From Camelus ferus (taxonomy: Eukaryota): DNA of 64,000 nt. The stretch is taken from NCBI RefSeq assembly GCF_009834535.1, contig NC_045696.1:61692001-61756000 (forward strand), written 5' to 3'. The number at the start of each line of letters is the position of its first letter. Positions within the stretch are counted from its first letter, which is position 1. Below the pieces are notes generated by a model. That model worked only from the letters and a program-made list of their open reading frames with translations. It was not told the origin of the DNA and did no database searches. Both the position numbers and the translations under genes were made by a program. Of this stretch, positions 48,591 to 63,030 are shown one piece after another.

Positions 48591-50427
48591 AGGTTCTCTT
48601 ACTAAGTTTTGATAGATGCCAAATTGCTTCCTAAAAGGCTATATTAACCTGTATTTCCTTACTGAATTGTAGAAGCTCTTTACATATAGTAGATATTAAT
48701 CCTTTCCTTTCTGTTTAAGAAGATCTTTCCCATTTTACCTTTATCAAAAAAACGATCTTCTATATTTTCTTCTGGTACTTTAATTCTTGTTCTAGTTGAA
48801 TCTTAAACTTCTGTTTTGTGTGTGTGTGTGTGTATGTGTGGTGGAGTAAGAGTTTTTGAAGTATGAAGTAGTTTGGCTACTGAAATAAAATATAGGTATA
48901 AAAATATTGCAGGAGTTTGAGGTTTGTTTGAAAATCAGTCACATTATAGAGATTCAGAGAGGAATATTTTCATGGTTTTATTGTAAGCAGCACACCTGTA
49001 AATGGGGGAGAAATACCCCTTGTTGGCCCCTATTTCTTGTCATCTACCTAATTCATCCTCATCCTTCAAATTTCAGCTTTTGAGTATAGCTTTGGGAGTC
49101 TTTTTTGATCTCCACTATGACTCAGGTATTCTTACTGCTCTTATATATTTTCTTAACATGTTGATCCATAATCTCTATTTGCAGTGTGCTGAAAGAATGA
49201 GTTATTCATCTGGAAATGAGAATTATTTCTCAATTTTTGTCAGTTGAAACTAATCAAAAGGGAGATGAAAGGAAGAACTTAGTGATGTTGGTTAAAAGAG
49301 ACACACATATATACATTTGCATACAGGGCCCTTTTAACCTGGATTACTGAGTTCTTCCTTACATCTTTCTGATCCAGCTGTTCTGTTACCTTGCAGGTAA
49401 TATTTTTTCATGGGAATATTTAATAGGTTCTGGAAAAATAGAAGGTTTTATTTTGATCTTGCATTTATTTTGTAAGACTAAGGTGTATTTTAAGGTATAA
49501 TCTCAGGTTTAAAAAATTAATTCCTGCATTAGTTTTGAGATTATTTAGTAATTTATAGGCTTATGAAGCAAAATTTTTATATAATAAACACATGAATTTC
49601 AAGAATTGAGGTAAAACTTTTAGACACAATTTCAGTTACTATAAAGAGCAAATTACTAAAGGATAAAAAGTCACAATGGCAGATATAATAGTAGAAATAT
49701 AGCCAGATGTTTAAGTATTTCTGTTGTAAATTCTTCCTGAACTTTTTTCACTTTCCTGATTAAATATTTGAAAAGAATGAAGTTTAAAAAAAAACCTTAT
49801 TTCAGTACCTATGAGTAACTACGGTTAGTATTTTGATATGTTTCTTTGTGTATGTACATACTTTACCCTTCTAAAATTGGAATCATGTTCTATATAATTT
49901 GCTATCTTGCTTTTTTTTTTTACTTAGCATTAAGTCTTGAAAGTTTCCCTGTGTTCTCCTTAAAAATTCTTTTAAAAAATGATTTTTTAATGTTTGCCTA
50001 ACATTTCATTGTACAGTTATACCTTAGTTTCACTATTTTCCTATTGGTGAATATGTAACTTATTTTCAGTATTTTATATAAATAATGCTATAGCAAATAT
50101 CTTTTTATTCATTCCTGATTATTACTTTAGAATATTTTCCCAGAAGTGGAATTACTGAATGAAAGGGTATAAGCATTTAAAAGTGTTAAATTACCCTTCA
50201 GAAAGTTTTGATGTGTACCATCACTAGCATTGTGAATCTCACTTTGTTGCTATTCTCATTGAAGTAACCATCATTCTTAATGAAATTATTAATTTTGTAT
50301 ATTGCTAGGCAAATAAAAATACAGTTTAATTTGCATTTCTTGTTTAAATTATAACAAATTTTGTTTTTGTGAACTTGATTTTGTTCCATTGTTTCTGATA
50401 AATATACAGAAGTAACTAGAATTTTTT

Positions 50428-50577
50428 TTAGTAAGTTCACTTTTCTCCCCTTCTAAACTTTTTATACAATTTTAAAAGTTACTTTCCATTTACAGTTATT
50501 ACAAAATATTAGCTATATTCCTCATGTTGTACAGTACGTCCTTGGGCTTATTTTACACCCAATAGTTTGTGTCTCTA
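50428..50577 (-). mobile_element. Short L1 3'-region fragment
   Basis: GTTACTTTCCATTTACAGTTATTACAAAATATTAGCTATATTCC... flanked by near-duplicate AGAAGTAAC(T/C)AGA. Confidence 0.6.
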
Positions 50578-52539
50578 GAAGTAACCAGATTTTTGTGTTC
50601 ACTATTATTTTTATTGTCTTACTGCACTTCAGTAAAATTTTATTTACTTTTGTTGTCCAGGTTCATCTTCTTATCTGAAAATAATAGTAACTTTTACTTC
50701 CTTACCAATAGTTATAATATTTGTTTTTTATTTTAGGTCTTTATCACATTGGTAAGAATCTCAGAGACAGTTAAATAAGAGAAGTGATAATTGTCTTGGA
50801 ATGTCTCTGGTATTTTTACAATTAAAGATGAATTCAGCTTTTAGTTTAAGAGAGAAATTCTTTATTATTTTATTCTTTTTTTTTAATTAAAAAAAGGAAT
50901 GACTTCTGAATTTTATCAGATGTTTTTGTAACACTTATTTAGGGGGTGATAGGGTTTTTCTTCTTTTAACTACTGATAAGAGTATATAAATAAATTATTG
51001 CTGATAACCCAAAGGTACCCTAAGGCATATATTACGAGGAACCAAAACCTCACTCGTGTTAGTTAAGTGTACAGGATTTATTGAAAGGATAAAAGAGAAT
51101 CTCATAGAAATTTAATAAGAGTATGTACTCTGTATAGTAACTTCTCTAGTTCCTTCTGTAGTCTGTTGAGAAGTCCTTACTTACTCATGAGTCAGTTTTG
51201 ATAAATTTATATTTCCCAGATTCTGTTTTTTAAATTTTTCAAATTTATTATTATACTGGTGTATATGATTTTTTTTAAAGCAAATCACTTTATAATCACT
51301 TAATTCATATACAGCTTATGGTTTTCCTCCATTTCTGAGGTCCAAAGGAATTGTCCCTATTAGCAAATATGCCCTGGCTATACCAGCATTTTCCAGTGGC
51401 TTTTCTTCTTCACCATGCCATCTTAGTCCCAAGAAAAGAAAAACCAAAATGAACAGATAGGAGAAGCTGGGATTTCTACTTTCTCTCACATAGTCACAGC
51501 TAACATGTGTTTTTTTTTTTATAATTAAAACCTGTTGTGTTCATTCCATCTTTTATTAGTGATTTCATTATTTTTCTTGATTTGATTTGCCAACTGTTTA
51601 TGTTTGTCTACTTAGTGGTTTTCAATAAGCAGCTTTGAGATTTATTTTGTTGGTTTTCTGTTTTCTGATTTCCTAATTTCTACTTTTCTCTTAATTTTTT
51701 TCTTTCTTTTCTTCTCCTTTTTTGTTATACTTTTCTTAACTCAGTAAATTCTTTGTTCCCCACCCTTTTTTAAAAAATGAAAACACTCAGTGGCCTTAAT
51801 TTGCCTCTGAGTACAGCTTTGGCTGCACTCTAAAATTTATATGAATGATATTCTTATAGTTATTGCTTTCCAAATAGTTGGTACTTCTAGTTTGATTACC
51901 TCTTTGACTTAGAAGCTTAGTATAGTTCTATTCACTCAATTTTCTTTCATTGTTAGTGACTGTGGTCTTTTAAAATATCTTTTAAATTTATTGAGTTTCT
52001 TTGTGACTTAAAGCATAATCCAATTAGCTAAATGTTCTGTGAAAACTTAAAAAGAATATTGTTTGCATGTACAGTTTTATATACACATGTATGTCTGTTA
52101 ATTAAACTTTATTCAAATATTTTATTTGATTTATTATTCCTTATGAATAGTTTTTATTAACTATAAGATTTAGTTCCTATTAATTTTTTAATCTTAACCT
52201 GTCAAAGACTGAGAGGTAGCATTGTTACTGAGAAGCTTGTTCTTACACTGGGGACTTTACATTTTTGTTTCTTCTGCCTGAATCCTGTCTTCCTTTCGTA
52301 TTTCACTGTTTTAAAGAGGCCTTTCCTGATCAGTCATCTAAAATAGCCTCCACCTAACCCCACTCACTATCTCACTTCTGTGTTTTTCTTTATAGCACTT
52401 CTGTCTGAAATTATTTTTTTTATTTACTAGTTACTTTATTTCTTTGCTATTATTCTGTTCAGAACTTAGAACAAGTAGGTATGCAGTAAGTACTGTGTTT
52501 ACTGAGTAGAGTGTCTTTTTTAATGTCTAATGATTTTTA

Positions 52540-53750
52540 TTTTTCTTTAATTAATAGACTTTATTTTGTACTATTTTAGATTCACAGCAAAATTGAGCAA
52601 AAAGTACAGAATTCTGATATACCCTGATTTCACTCCTCCCCCACCTTCCCCTACGGTCAACTTTCTGTGGTGTGTGGTACATTTGTTGTGATTGATGAAC
52701 CAACACTGACACATCATTATCAAAGTCCATGGTTTACATTAGGGCTCACTCTTGATATTATACACCGTATGGGTGTGGACAAATGGTGGATAGTGACATG
52801 TATCCACCATCACAGTATTGTACACAATAGTTTCTCAGCCCCAAAATTCCCTGTGCTCCACTTATTCATCCCTCCCTTCTCCCTAATGCCTGGCAACCAA
52901 CCGCTGGTACTTCAACTGTCTCCATAGTTTTGTCTTTTCCAGAATGCCATATAGTTGGGATTATACAGTATGTAATCTTTTAAACTTGACTTCTTTCACT
53001 TAGGAATATGTATTTGAGTTTCCTTCTTACCTTTTCATGGCTTGATATCTCATTGCTTTTTTGTGCTGAATAATATTCTATTGTTGGGATACACCATTTA
53101 CCCTCTGCAGGACATCTTGGTTGCGTCCACGTTTGACACTTACGAATAAAGCTTCTATAAATATCCATGTTTGGGTTTTGTATGGACATAAGTTTTCAGC
53201 TGATTTGAGTAAATAGCAAAAAATATGGTTGCTGGGAATTTATGCTAAGAATATATTTAGTTTTGTAAGAATCTGCTAAAACTCTCTTTCAAAGTGGTTG
53301 AACCATTTTGCTTTCCCAACAGCAATGAATGAGAGTCACTCAAATCCTCATCAGCATTTGATGTTGTTAGTGTTTTGGATTTTAGCCATTCTGGTAGGAG
53401 TGTAGTGGTATCTCATTGTTTTGATTTGCAGTTCCCCAATGAAGTATGATGCTAAGAATCTCATTTCTCTTTGCCATCTGTATATCATCTTTGGTGAGGT
53501 ATCTCTTCAAATCTTATGCTCATAATTTTTTTTTAATGGAGGCTAGGTACTGCACCCAGGATCCTCATGCATGCTAAGCATGAGCTCTACCATCAAACTA
53601 TACCCACCTCCCCTCTTATTTTTCAATTGGGTTCTTTATTTTCCTATTGTTGAGTTTTAAGAGTTCTTTGTATATTTTGTATCTTTATATTAGATACCTC
53701 TTTTGCAAATATTTCTCTCGCCCTGTGGCTTGTCTTCTTGTTCTCTCCAC
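52540..53750 (-). mobile_element. Old L1MB/L1MC 3' region
   Basis: TAGACTTTATTTT...TTCACAGCAAAATTGAGC...CCCAACAGCAATGAATGAGAG...GTAGTGGTATCTCATTG. Confidence 0.78.
53526..53614 (-). mobile_element. tRNA-derived SINE (diverged)
   Basis: Poly(T)-AATGGAGG...CCCAGGATCCTCATGCATGCTAAGCATGAGCTCTACC...CTATACCCACCTCCCC. Confidence 0.8.
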
Positions 53751-54165
53751 TCTAATTATTTTTATCATGTTTTTGCTGCAATATTATGGATGCATGTGTA
53801 AATTCTGTACTGCTAAAGATCTACATTATACCTAATCAATAAAAATAATTGTCATATTTAATCTTGAGTCTTACATTTTACTTACCTTAGATTTATATCT
53901 GTACTATACTTTGTTCAGTAAATTTTATCCAACTTTGTCTTTACATACCATTTTTCGTTGTCTCTTAAATTACATATAGCTTATTTTTGTTTTAATCCAA
54001 AATGAATACTGAAAACATTTATGTGTATTGTCATAATTAATTTTGTTAGGAATGTTTCTGTCATTTTATTTAATGCTTTTGGGTTTTTAATGATTTATTG
54101 CTACTATTTTTACATTTTTGTAAGATATACATAATGTAAAGTTACCATCTTAACCATTTTTAAAT

Positions 54166-54415
54166 AGAGTTGACCTTTGAACAACCCAGGTTTGAACTGC
54201 ACAGGTCCACTTATATGTGGGTTTTTTCAATAGTAAATACTATAGTACTACACTACTTGAGGTTGATTGAATTCTGGGATGCAGAGCCATACATACAGAG
54301 GAACTTTGGACTTGGAGGAACCATCTATACAGAGGGCCAGACTATAAATTATACTCAGATTTTTTACTGTGTGAAGGGTTGCATCCCTAACCCCTAAGCT
54401 GTTCAGTGTCAGCTG
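54166..54415. mobile_element. Tigger2/MER8-like Tc-mariner MITE inside an L1MB fragment (about 54120-54760)
   Basis: GTTGACCTTTGAACAACCCAGGTTTGAACTGCACAGGTCCACTTATA...CTAACCCCTAAGCTGTTCAGTGTCAGCTG, with degenerate terminal inverted repeats. Confidence 0.7.
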
Positions 54416-57128
54416 CATACAGTTCTTTACCATTAGGTACATTTACATTGTTGTACAACCATCATCACCACCCATCTCTAGAATTTTTCATCTTCCTCAG
54501 CTGAACCTCTGCACTCATTAAACACTAACTCCCTATTCCTCCCTACTCACAAAGCGTAGTGACTGTCTCTAATCTACTTTTCTCTATTTTGCCTATTGCT
54601 AGATGATTAATATAAGTGGAATCATGCAGTATCTTGTCCTTTTGTGTCTGGCTTATTTCATGTAGCATGTTTTCAAGGTTTGTCCATGTTATAGCATGTA
54701 TTAGTACTTAATTCCTTTTTTAAGGCTGAGTAATATTCCATACTATACACATTTTGTTTATCCTGCTATCTGTCTGTTTTCTGTTTTAAAGCTCACTTAT
54801 CTATAATTTAAATGTGTTTAACTGTAAATCTAAAATTTAAAAAAAATTTGATTTGTCAGTTAAAAAAGACAATCATACTTTGACTTCCCCTATGTTTGAA
54901 GACTGGCTTATTCTCTTCACTCATCCTCACTTTAGTCCTTGTCATTTTCTCAATCTTACATTTAAATTGATTAATCACGTGTGTCAGCTAACGTACATTT
55001 TCAGCTAATATATTTAGTAGGAGTAACTAGAAGGCATATTTAATAATTATTAGGTCACTAATAGTCTCAGAAATTCTGTAGATATATTGTGTCATCTTGT
55101 AGCAGTCATTTTGTTTCGGAGCATCCTGTGCCTGATGGTGGTAGGAATTTTCCCTTTTCTTGAAATATTTTGACAGACTGTGTCTTGTCCATGTTAATTA
55201 ATGTTGCCTGGTACACTGACTCCTTATGATCTTCACACTTGGGGTTTTTTTCATTTCCAAAAATATTTTTGTTTATTTTTAGTTGTTTTCTTCCTACAGA
55301 ATGCTTGTAATAATTAGATTGGCTTATGATTTCTGTCTTTTGTATGAGCTTCTCAAATGTTTGTCCTTATCGCTCATTTGATTTTCCTTTATCACCTTCA
55401 GTGTAGGCTTTACTTCTGCCATTGAAATTTTAGTGTCTTTGCATCCTTTAAAAATTTACTCCACGCCTAGGAAACTAGTAAAGAGACCAGAGATAGAAAG
55501 AAACCAATTTCCTAGAAATTTGTATGTTTTGCATCCTACTGGCTGTGAACTCCAGAAAAAGTGTCAACCCTGAGGTATAGAGTTTATTATCTTTCTTTCT
55601 ACCTCATTATTTTTTTCCCAGTATTTTTAATCAGTATATCAAAATAATTTTAAAATGTTAAAAATTATTGACAATATTGTCAAGAAAAGTAAAAGTAGCT
55701 ACTAGTAGGATATAAATATATGGCAGTTTCCATTTTATGAAAGGAAAAAAAGAAACAAGAAAAATCATCAGTTCACCAAATGTAAAGAAAGGAACCAAGA
55801 AAGCATAATAACCATAAAGCATTAAATAACCAGAAGAAAGCTTGATACGTGTATAACAACAAATGTAAACAGGTTGACTTTATCTATTAAAAAACAAAAA
55901 CAGTAAAAAGAAATTTTTTTTTTTACTTCACTCCCTTTTCTTCTTAAATTACTCTCATTTCATCTTGGTCTTTTCTCTCCATGTATGCCTGTTTTAGGGA
56001 GTTTGCCAAACAGTGTTTGGAAGTTAATTCTGTGTTCTTGAAGCAATTCACCTTCGAAGTTAGACTTTGCTTCCATGTGAAGGTAATTTTCTCTCTTCCC
56101 TATGCTGCATTATTTTTTTGTTGGGATCTATGCTTGATTTTTTTCTGCTTATTCATCTTTAAATGGTAACTGTTATCTGTTATCTAATATGCATTTGTGA
56201 GGAACGTTTCTGGGATTGATTGCCCTTGCCTCTACAGTTGATTGGGATTCTGGTTGAAACCTTTTCTTCTAAATACCCAGCTCCTAGCCTGAGTTCCAGT
56301 GATTAATTGGCATTCATCTAAAAAGACAGTTCTAGACTAGGATGATGGGATCTTACCCTACCCTGGTTTCTAGCATGTGCTGCTGTTAGGGCACTTCCTG
56401 ATTCTAACCTTGTACCCACAACACAGCAGTTGGCTTGTATGACTACACCTCCCAGGAAGTCACGTGCCAGTCCAGGTTTTGCTGCCCTTTCACAGCTTCA
56501 CCTGCATCTTATGTATGCACAGGCATATGGAAAGACACTTGCTTGTTCTCTGGAACTTACCTGGTAGTCTTCTATGTACCAAGAGGGTAGTCTGTATGTA
56601 CAAAGAGCAGAAAAGAAGATAAGGAGCTCTAGCTGCCACAGATCTGCCTCTATATAGCAAGAAATCAGTTACCGAGGATAACTGACTAGCTTGTTTCTTT
56701 GAGGCGGACTTTGGGTCTCCAAATAAAAGGATGGCTAGCAGAGAGGGACAAGCTATCTTTATATCTTCTTTTAGGTAGATGGTTGAACTTTCTTGTATGA
56801 AGCAGATAAGAATGGTGGGAATCTTTTCTCTTGAGTGACCTTGTAGCTAATGGAAAGCCTTCAGAGATTTGATAAAATTGTCTTCATGGAAATTTGGGAT
56901 AGATTACATGGTGACTTCTGATTTGATACTATTTTTTACTAGAATAAACGGGTTCCAGTTTTTGTTTAACCTATGTCACCACCTAAGGAATCAAGTAATC
57001 AGTCTGCAGTTGACCTTCATTTTTCATTGTAAAGCCTTAGGTTGATTTACACTTTGATTGTAGGAAGATGGTGCCCTGTTTCAGTTTGCATCTTTTTGAT
57101 GTCTAGTTGAACAGTTTTCATATACGTA

Positions 57129-57590
57129 CAGTCCCCCTACTTATGATTTTTTTTGACTTTACTAGGGTGCAAAAGTGATATGCATTTAGTAGAAACCATA
57201 CTTTGAATTTTGACCTTTTCCTGGACTAGCTATACAGGGTTCCATAGTCTGGTGGTGCTGGACACAGGTAGCAAGCTGCAGCTCCCAGTCAAGCCACACG
57301 ATCACAAGGGTATAACCAATACACTTAACAACTATTCTGTTTTTCACTTTAAGTACAGTATTCAGTAAATTACATGAGATATTCAGTGCTTTATTAGAAG
57401 ATAGGCTTTGTGTTAGATGATTTTGCCCAACTGTCAGCAAATGTGTTTTGAGCATGTTTAAGGTATGCTAGGCTAAGCTATGATGTTCTTTGATAGGTTT
57501 ATGTGTATTAAATGCATTTCAATTCAAGAATATTTTTAACGTACAATGGATTTATGGGTATGTAACCCCATCTTAAGTCAAGAAAGATCT
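57129..57590. mobile_element. MER6-like Tigger element
   Basis: TA-CAGTCCCCCTACTTATGA...GTAACCCCATCTTAAGTCAAGAAAGATCTG. Confidence 0.68.
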
Positions 57591-59134
57591 GTGTTTGTTC
57601 CCCCTCCCCTCTTTTTCATTTTGAATTGCTGTTTGGAGTTTTTGGCCAAACTTGAGAAAAGCTTGACTTCATACTGTTGAGTAGCCTTCTTCTTAACTAC
57701 TTTTTTATATTTTTAATTTGTTATTGTTACTTCCCCATTCACTACCTTATAGGCAATTTTGAAGCATTTTCTGTCTCACCTCTTTACTTCTTTCATGCTT
57801 AGTCATAGTTTCACTTTTTTAGTGTAGTGATTGGGTGAAGGCTAAGGGGAAGTAAAAAAAAAAAAAAGGAATCACATTTAAATTACAAAGTTTCTTTAAC
57901 ATACTGCTTCCTCTGTTTATGGAGACCTTCTCTTTTTGCTTGGCAGATTCTCGTCCTTCAAAAGCCAGTTCTGATTTCTTTGCCTGATTACTCTCATATA
58001 AGTAGGAGCCTCTTTTCTATTGCATTCCACTCATCTGTATCAGCTCTTATCTCATTGCACAGTAGTTATTAGTTACTTTTTTTCCACTGATGGTGAGCTC
58101 AAAACTGAGACTAAATCTTAGTTTTTGATTTCTAGCATCTGACATATTGTAGACACAAAATAAATACTTAAATGACCTAGAAAAGACTTACTAAGAGTTT
58201 TCCTTTTTTTCCCCCCCTTCAGCCATGTCATTTCCTTGCTTCTAGATTAAAATATAAAAAACAGGTCTTTCTGGGAAGTGTGATTGTGAATATTCTGTTT
58301 TTCTTAAGCTTTTATCCTGGTTTGGATTTCTTTGTAATGACCTTGTACTACTTTTATTATGAGAATAAAAAAAACATAACCAGACCTCTCAAATATCCAG
58401 GTTCTCCCCATTGCCCAGCCCCTGCCACTTTCTGGCCCACTCAACAGTCTTATTTCCCACTACTTGCTGCTGTATGTCCTTTTGTCTCCTTCTGTCTTCT
58501 GTCTTCTGAACCAGATCATTCGTATAGTTCCCACTGCCTAGACTCCCATCTTCTGGGTAGGAAATTGTTGTAAATTGAGAAGTGCTTGTGATAGGGATTA
58601 AATATTAATGTCTTGCTGACTTTATCCTGAATATGTGGTGGTTAAAGTGAGGTTCTTGGATAAGTTTTATCAGTTGTAAGGATCAGGATAAATGGAGCAT
58701 TTAATTGCCTTAGCTTTGTGGAGTGGTGACCTTAAAGAAGATAGTATGGTGAAAGTGTCTTCAAATTTTCCTGGGTCTCCCCTAGCCTAAAAGAGAAAAA
58801 CAAAACAAAACAAAACTTTTCTTGACTCTGATGCCATCACGGACACACCTTTCTTTGATTGATTTATTCTTTCAACAAGTACTTATCTCCAAGACACATG
58901 AACTAGACACAGTGCTCTGCATTAGTGATATAATGGTCAACAGAATACTCACTGGATTCATGCTTCTGGAGTTTATAATGTAGTTAGGGTAGACAGATAT
59001 TTAAAAAGCAAATCCAGTGTGATGAATGTTAAGACAGAATAAACTAATGAGTATCGGATGGCAGTGAGGAGGCATCAGAGGTTTCCTGAATACTTGAAGT
59101 AGGTGTTTGACAGGTGGAGGTGGTGGACAGAAAG

Positions 59135-59249
59135 TAGGGTGGCTGACTCAATCCCAGTTTGCCCAGGACTTTCCTGGGTTTAGCACTGAAAGTCTTGTGT
59201 CCCAGGATAACTCTCTCAGTTTCAGGAAAACTGAATGATTGATCACTGA
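59135..59249. mobile_element. MER81-like hAT MITE
   Basis: TAGGGTGGC...CCCAGTTTGCCCAGGACT...TTTAGCACTGAAAGTC... with an 8-bp TSD-like pair ACAGAAAG / ACAGAAAA. Confidence 0.65.
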
Positions 59250-60149
59250 ACAGAAAATCTTCCAGAAAGGTCATGTGTGAAGGCCTGAGATGGCTAATAG
59301 TGACAAAACTTAAAGGCTGTATAGGGAAAGTCTACAGAGAGATGAGTCTGGTAAAGTAGGAGTCTGATCACGCATGGACTATGGGATGGGGCTTCATCGT
59401 AAATACTCTACTTAAAGGCTTTAAGTAGGGAACTGAAGTGATAAAGTTTAATATATTTTAAAGTTGCTCTCTGTGGTGTGAAGAATAGACTGGAAGGACT
59501 GAGAATGGATTTAGGACAGTAAATAACAATGGTTAAGTTATAAGCTACAGCCACATAGAAATTGAGGAAACTGTTTTGGGAAGCATGGATACTTTTCAGA
59601 ATTAGGTTATGATAGAGGTGTGAAAGCTTGAAGCAAATGATTTTCAAAAATCGCTTTCCTCCAAGACTGCTAATTTCTTAAAAATGGAAAACCTAACATT
59701 TTTACTTCTTTCTAGATAAAAACTTTACTAGCAGAGTAAATTCAGACAGCAGTTTTTTTTTTTAAACTGTCAGCCTTTTTTTTTTTTCTCTAAATTTGAA
59801 GAACAGCAGTATAGAATGTAGGAGACATGAAGTTTGAAAGTGATTATTTTCCTGAATACGGCAAAAAATGTAACTTTAAATAGTTTTGTCAACTTCAAAG
59901 TAGTCCTGTTGAAAGACGGTGTGATTATTCCAGTGATGTGTGTGTTCTTCAGATCATTTTTTAGAGCTGTTCTCTTTGAAATACTCTAGGAGACTGCCAC
60001 CTAGTCTTTAGAGTATCTTCTTCACTAGAGGCAAACCCCTCCATCTTTGCCTGTTCCTATTTCCATCTGTCCCTCTTGCCTTCTCCATCTCCATCTGCCC
60101 CATCATGGTTTCTTCCTTTTCCCTTAAATTAAAAAAAAAAAAAAGATAT

Positions 60150-60965
60150 AATTCGTATATGATAAAACCTACCCTTTAAAAGATCTACAGTTAAGTGGGG
60201 TTTTGTCATTGTTTTTTTATTGTATTCACAGGTTGTACAACCATCACCACTGTCTAATTCCAGAATATTTGCATTACTGTATGGAGAAATCTTGCATCCA
60301 GTAACAGTCACTCATTTTACCCTAAACTGTACCCTTGCCTCAGGCAGCTAATCTATTTTCTGTCTATAAATTAGTCTATTCTGTACATATAAGCAGATTT
60401 ATATAATACACATAATACACATGGTCTTTTGTGATTGGTTTCTTTCATTTAGCACAAGGTTTTCAAGGTTCATCCATATTGTAGCATGTTTGAGTACTTC
60501 ATATCTTTTTATGACTGAATAACATTCCATTTTATGGATAAACCACATTTTATTTGTCCATTCATGAGTTAATGGAAATCTGGGTTGCTTTCACTTTTTG
60601 ACTTCTATGAATAGTGCTTCTGTGAACGTTTGTATATAGGTTTCTGTGGGGACATATTTTCACTTATTTTGAGTTTATACATAGGAGTAGAATTGCTGAG
60701 TCATATAGTAACTCTATGTTTGACCTTTTGAGGAGCCACCAGACTGTTTTGCAAAGCAGCTGCACCATTTTGCAATCCTGCCAGCAGTGTATGGGGATTC
60801 CAGTTTCTCTACTTCCTCACTAACACTTGCAATTTTCTGTCTTTTGAGTATAGCCACCCTAATGGGTGTGAAATGTTATTTCATGTGGTTTTAATTTGCA
60901 TTTCTCTGGTCACTAATGATGTTGAGTATCTTTCCATGTGCTTATTGCCCATTTGTGTATTTTCA
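60150..60965 (-). mobile_element. Old L1MB 3' region
   Basis: TTGTACAACCATCACCACT...TTTTCAAGGTTCATCCAT...GCAGCTGCACCATTTT...CTAATGATGTTGAG. Confidence 0.8.
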
Positions 60966-62067
60966 AATCCTTTGGGAAAACATTTTATGTTCAGAATTGA
61001 GTGCCTTAGATCAGTGCTTCTTAGGAACTTTCTGTAATGGACTAATTGTAAAATATCATAAAATGGAAATGAAAGGAAAGCCAGACGTGTAAAATGTAAA
61101 TGTAAGTCCCGTTTGTTGTTGTTGTTTTTAGAGTCAATAGCAAATTATTCTGTCAGATTGCTCTAAAAGTTTCTAAACACTTATTCTCAAATTTTTGTAT
61201 TTCATTGAGTAACAGTAATAAATAGCCAGCCCACATAACACTCTTCCTGGGGCATTGCTTTAAATGACTAAAAGGCATTTGAAAAGTAGTTCAACTTTTC
61301 CCATTTTTAAACTCAAAGCAATTGCTTGGTTCTTGTATTTTCTCACTTCTGACTATGGCTACCAATTCTAATTTGCTGTTGAATTAATCCTACAGACAGC
61401 TGGTTTTGAGGCTTGTAAACAAGCACTTTATTACAGATTTTATACAAGCTAGTTACATTTTGTTGGGATAAGTCGGAGGGGACAGTTTTAGCAAAAGATA
61501 ACAAGGCAAGTTGGGTTTGGGGCCAATGAGGGTAGCTTTCTCACCCTCTCCTAGTTTTCCTCATGAGAGATGCCCTTGGTGCTGATGATGTTCTTGTTGA
61601 AGGGGTTTCTGCTATAGGTTCAGAAGTGCTGAGGAGAAGCTTACCTTAAAGCCTCTTAGACTTCCAGCCATGACCCCCTAAAATCCCAACATCATTACCT
61701 TGTTTGTAAATAATTTCTCACTTGGCTGTAACATCCTCATTCTGAGTAATTTTTTACCTTATTGTTCACATTTATATAAAAATAAGCATTAGTCATGCTC
61801 AGCCCTTTTATTACCCTGTAGCCATGAACAGTCTGTGAGCAAGAGCAGTTCATTATCTCATGTCTTACAAGGTCTAAAAATTCTTAAGTCCACAGAACAA
61901 AACGTTATAGTCTAGGAACACTGAGGGATGTATTCCTATACTATCTGAATTACTTATGCTTTTGGTGGTGAAAATTCTTGAAAAAAGTGGGTTATTAGAA
62001 CATTTTTTTTATAAAGGCCTTAAACTAATGAAGGGGTATAGAGTATTTATGAATCATTTGAAGTGTG

Positions 62068-62229
62068 TGGGGGTTTTTTCCAATTTTTTATTTTATTTAT
62101 TTTTGGGGAAAAGCAATTAGGTTTGTTTGTTTGTTTGTTTGTTTGTTTTTAATGGAGGGACTGGGGATTGAACCCAGGACCTCGTGCATGCTAAGCATGC
62201 TCTCTGCCACTGAGCTATACCCTCCCCGC
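62068..62229 (-). mobile_element. tRNA-derived SINE with extended (TTTG)n tail
   Basis: GGGGATTGAACCCAGGACCTCGTGCATGCTAAGCATGCTCTCTGCCACTGAGCTATACCCTCCCC. TSD TGAAGTGTG at 62059-62067 and 62230-62238. Confidence 0.88.
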
Positions 62230-62425
62230 TGAAGTGTGATTTTAAACATCTGTTGGTGCCTTTGTATTAAAAAGTGTTGTGTTACACAATGTCAGATTGG
62301 TACAGAGAAGTATGAAAGGTGTTCCTTGGCAGCCAGGAATTTATAATCATGTAGAAAGAAAAAAAGTTAGAAGTCAGTTGGCTGAAATTCAAGGAAGTGT
62401 GTAAGTGTCAAATTAATGAAAGGAC

Positions 62426-63030
62426 TGTATCACTCTGGGTCCAATCAAGAGAGAAGCCACAGTAATTTGAACATGGAAAGAATTATTAACTAACAGGAGA
62501 ATGGAGTAATGAGGGATTAGCTAGTAATAAGTAAATAGAATTCTAAAGAACATAAGAATAACAGAAATAAGGAGCAGCTGCTACCCCTAGCACAGCACCT
62601 AGGGAAGAGCCCTCCTCCCCCCCAGAAGGTGGAGGTTCAGCCTTGCTGGAGAGAGCATAGCTGTGGCTCATCGAATGGCAGAGAAGCTGAAGTGGTGCTG
62701 TGTTGGTGGAATGTGCTGGACATCTGCTCTTTAGGGTGCTAGGGAAGCTGCTCATGGGGAGGTGTTAACTGCACTGCAAACCTCCTAAGAAGGAAGCGTG
62801 AGGAAGCTGCTGGCTGCTGGGTATGCTACTGGCCACCTTGCCATATAGGAGCCTGATAAGCAAGCACACCAGATCCAGGAAGCAAAACTTTTCTCCTGCA
62901 GTATCTCTCCTGCGCCCTCTACTGATAAAGCTCAACACCATGCCAGATGGCCATGGAAAAATACCTAAAGATCCCAGATCATTTTCAGAGTAGACAAAAA
63001 GGATGAATTTGGAATTGAGAGACACTGTAT
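62426..63030. mobile_element. Ancient LTR-like element (family uncertain)
   Basis: TGTATCACTCTGGGTCCAATCAAGAGAGAAGCCAC start and a GC-richer body resembling old ERVL/Gypsy-type LTR relics. Confidence 0.4.
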
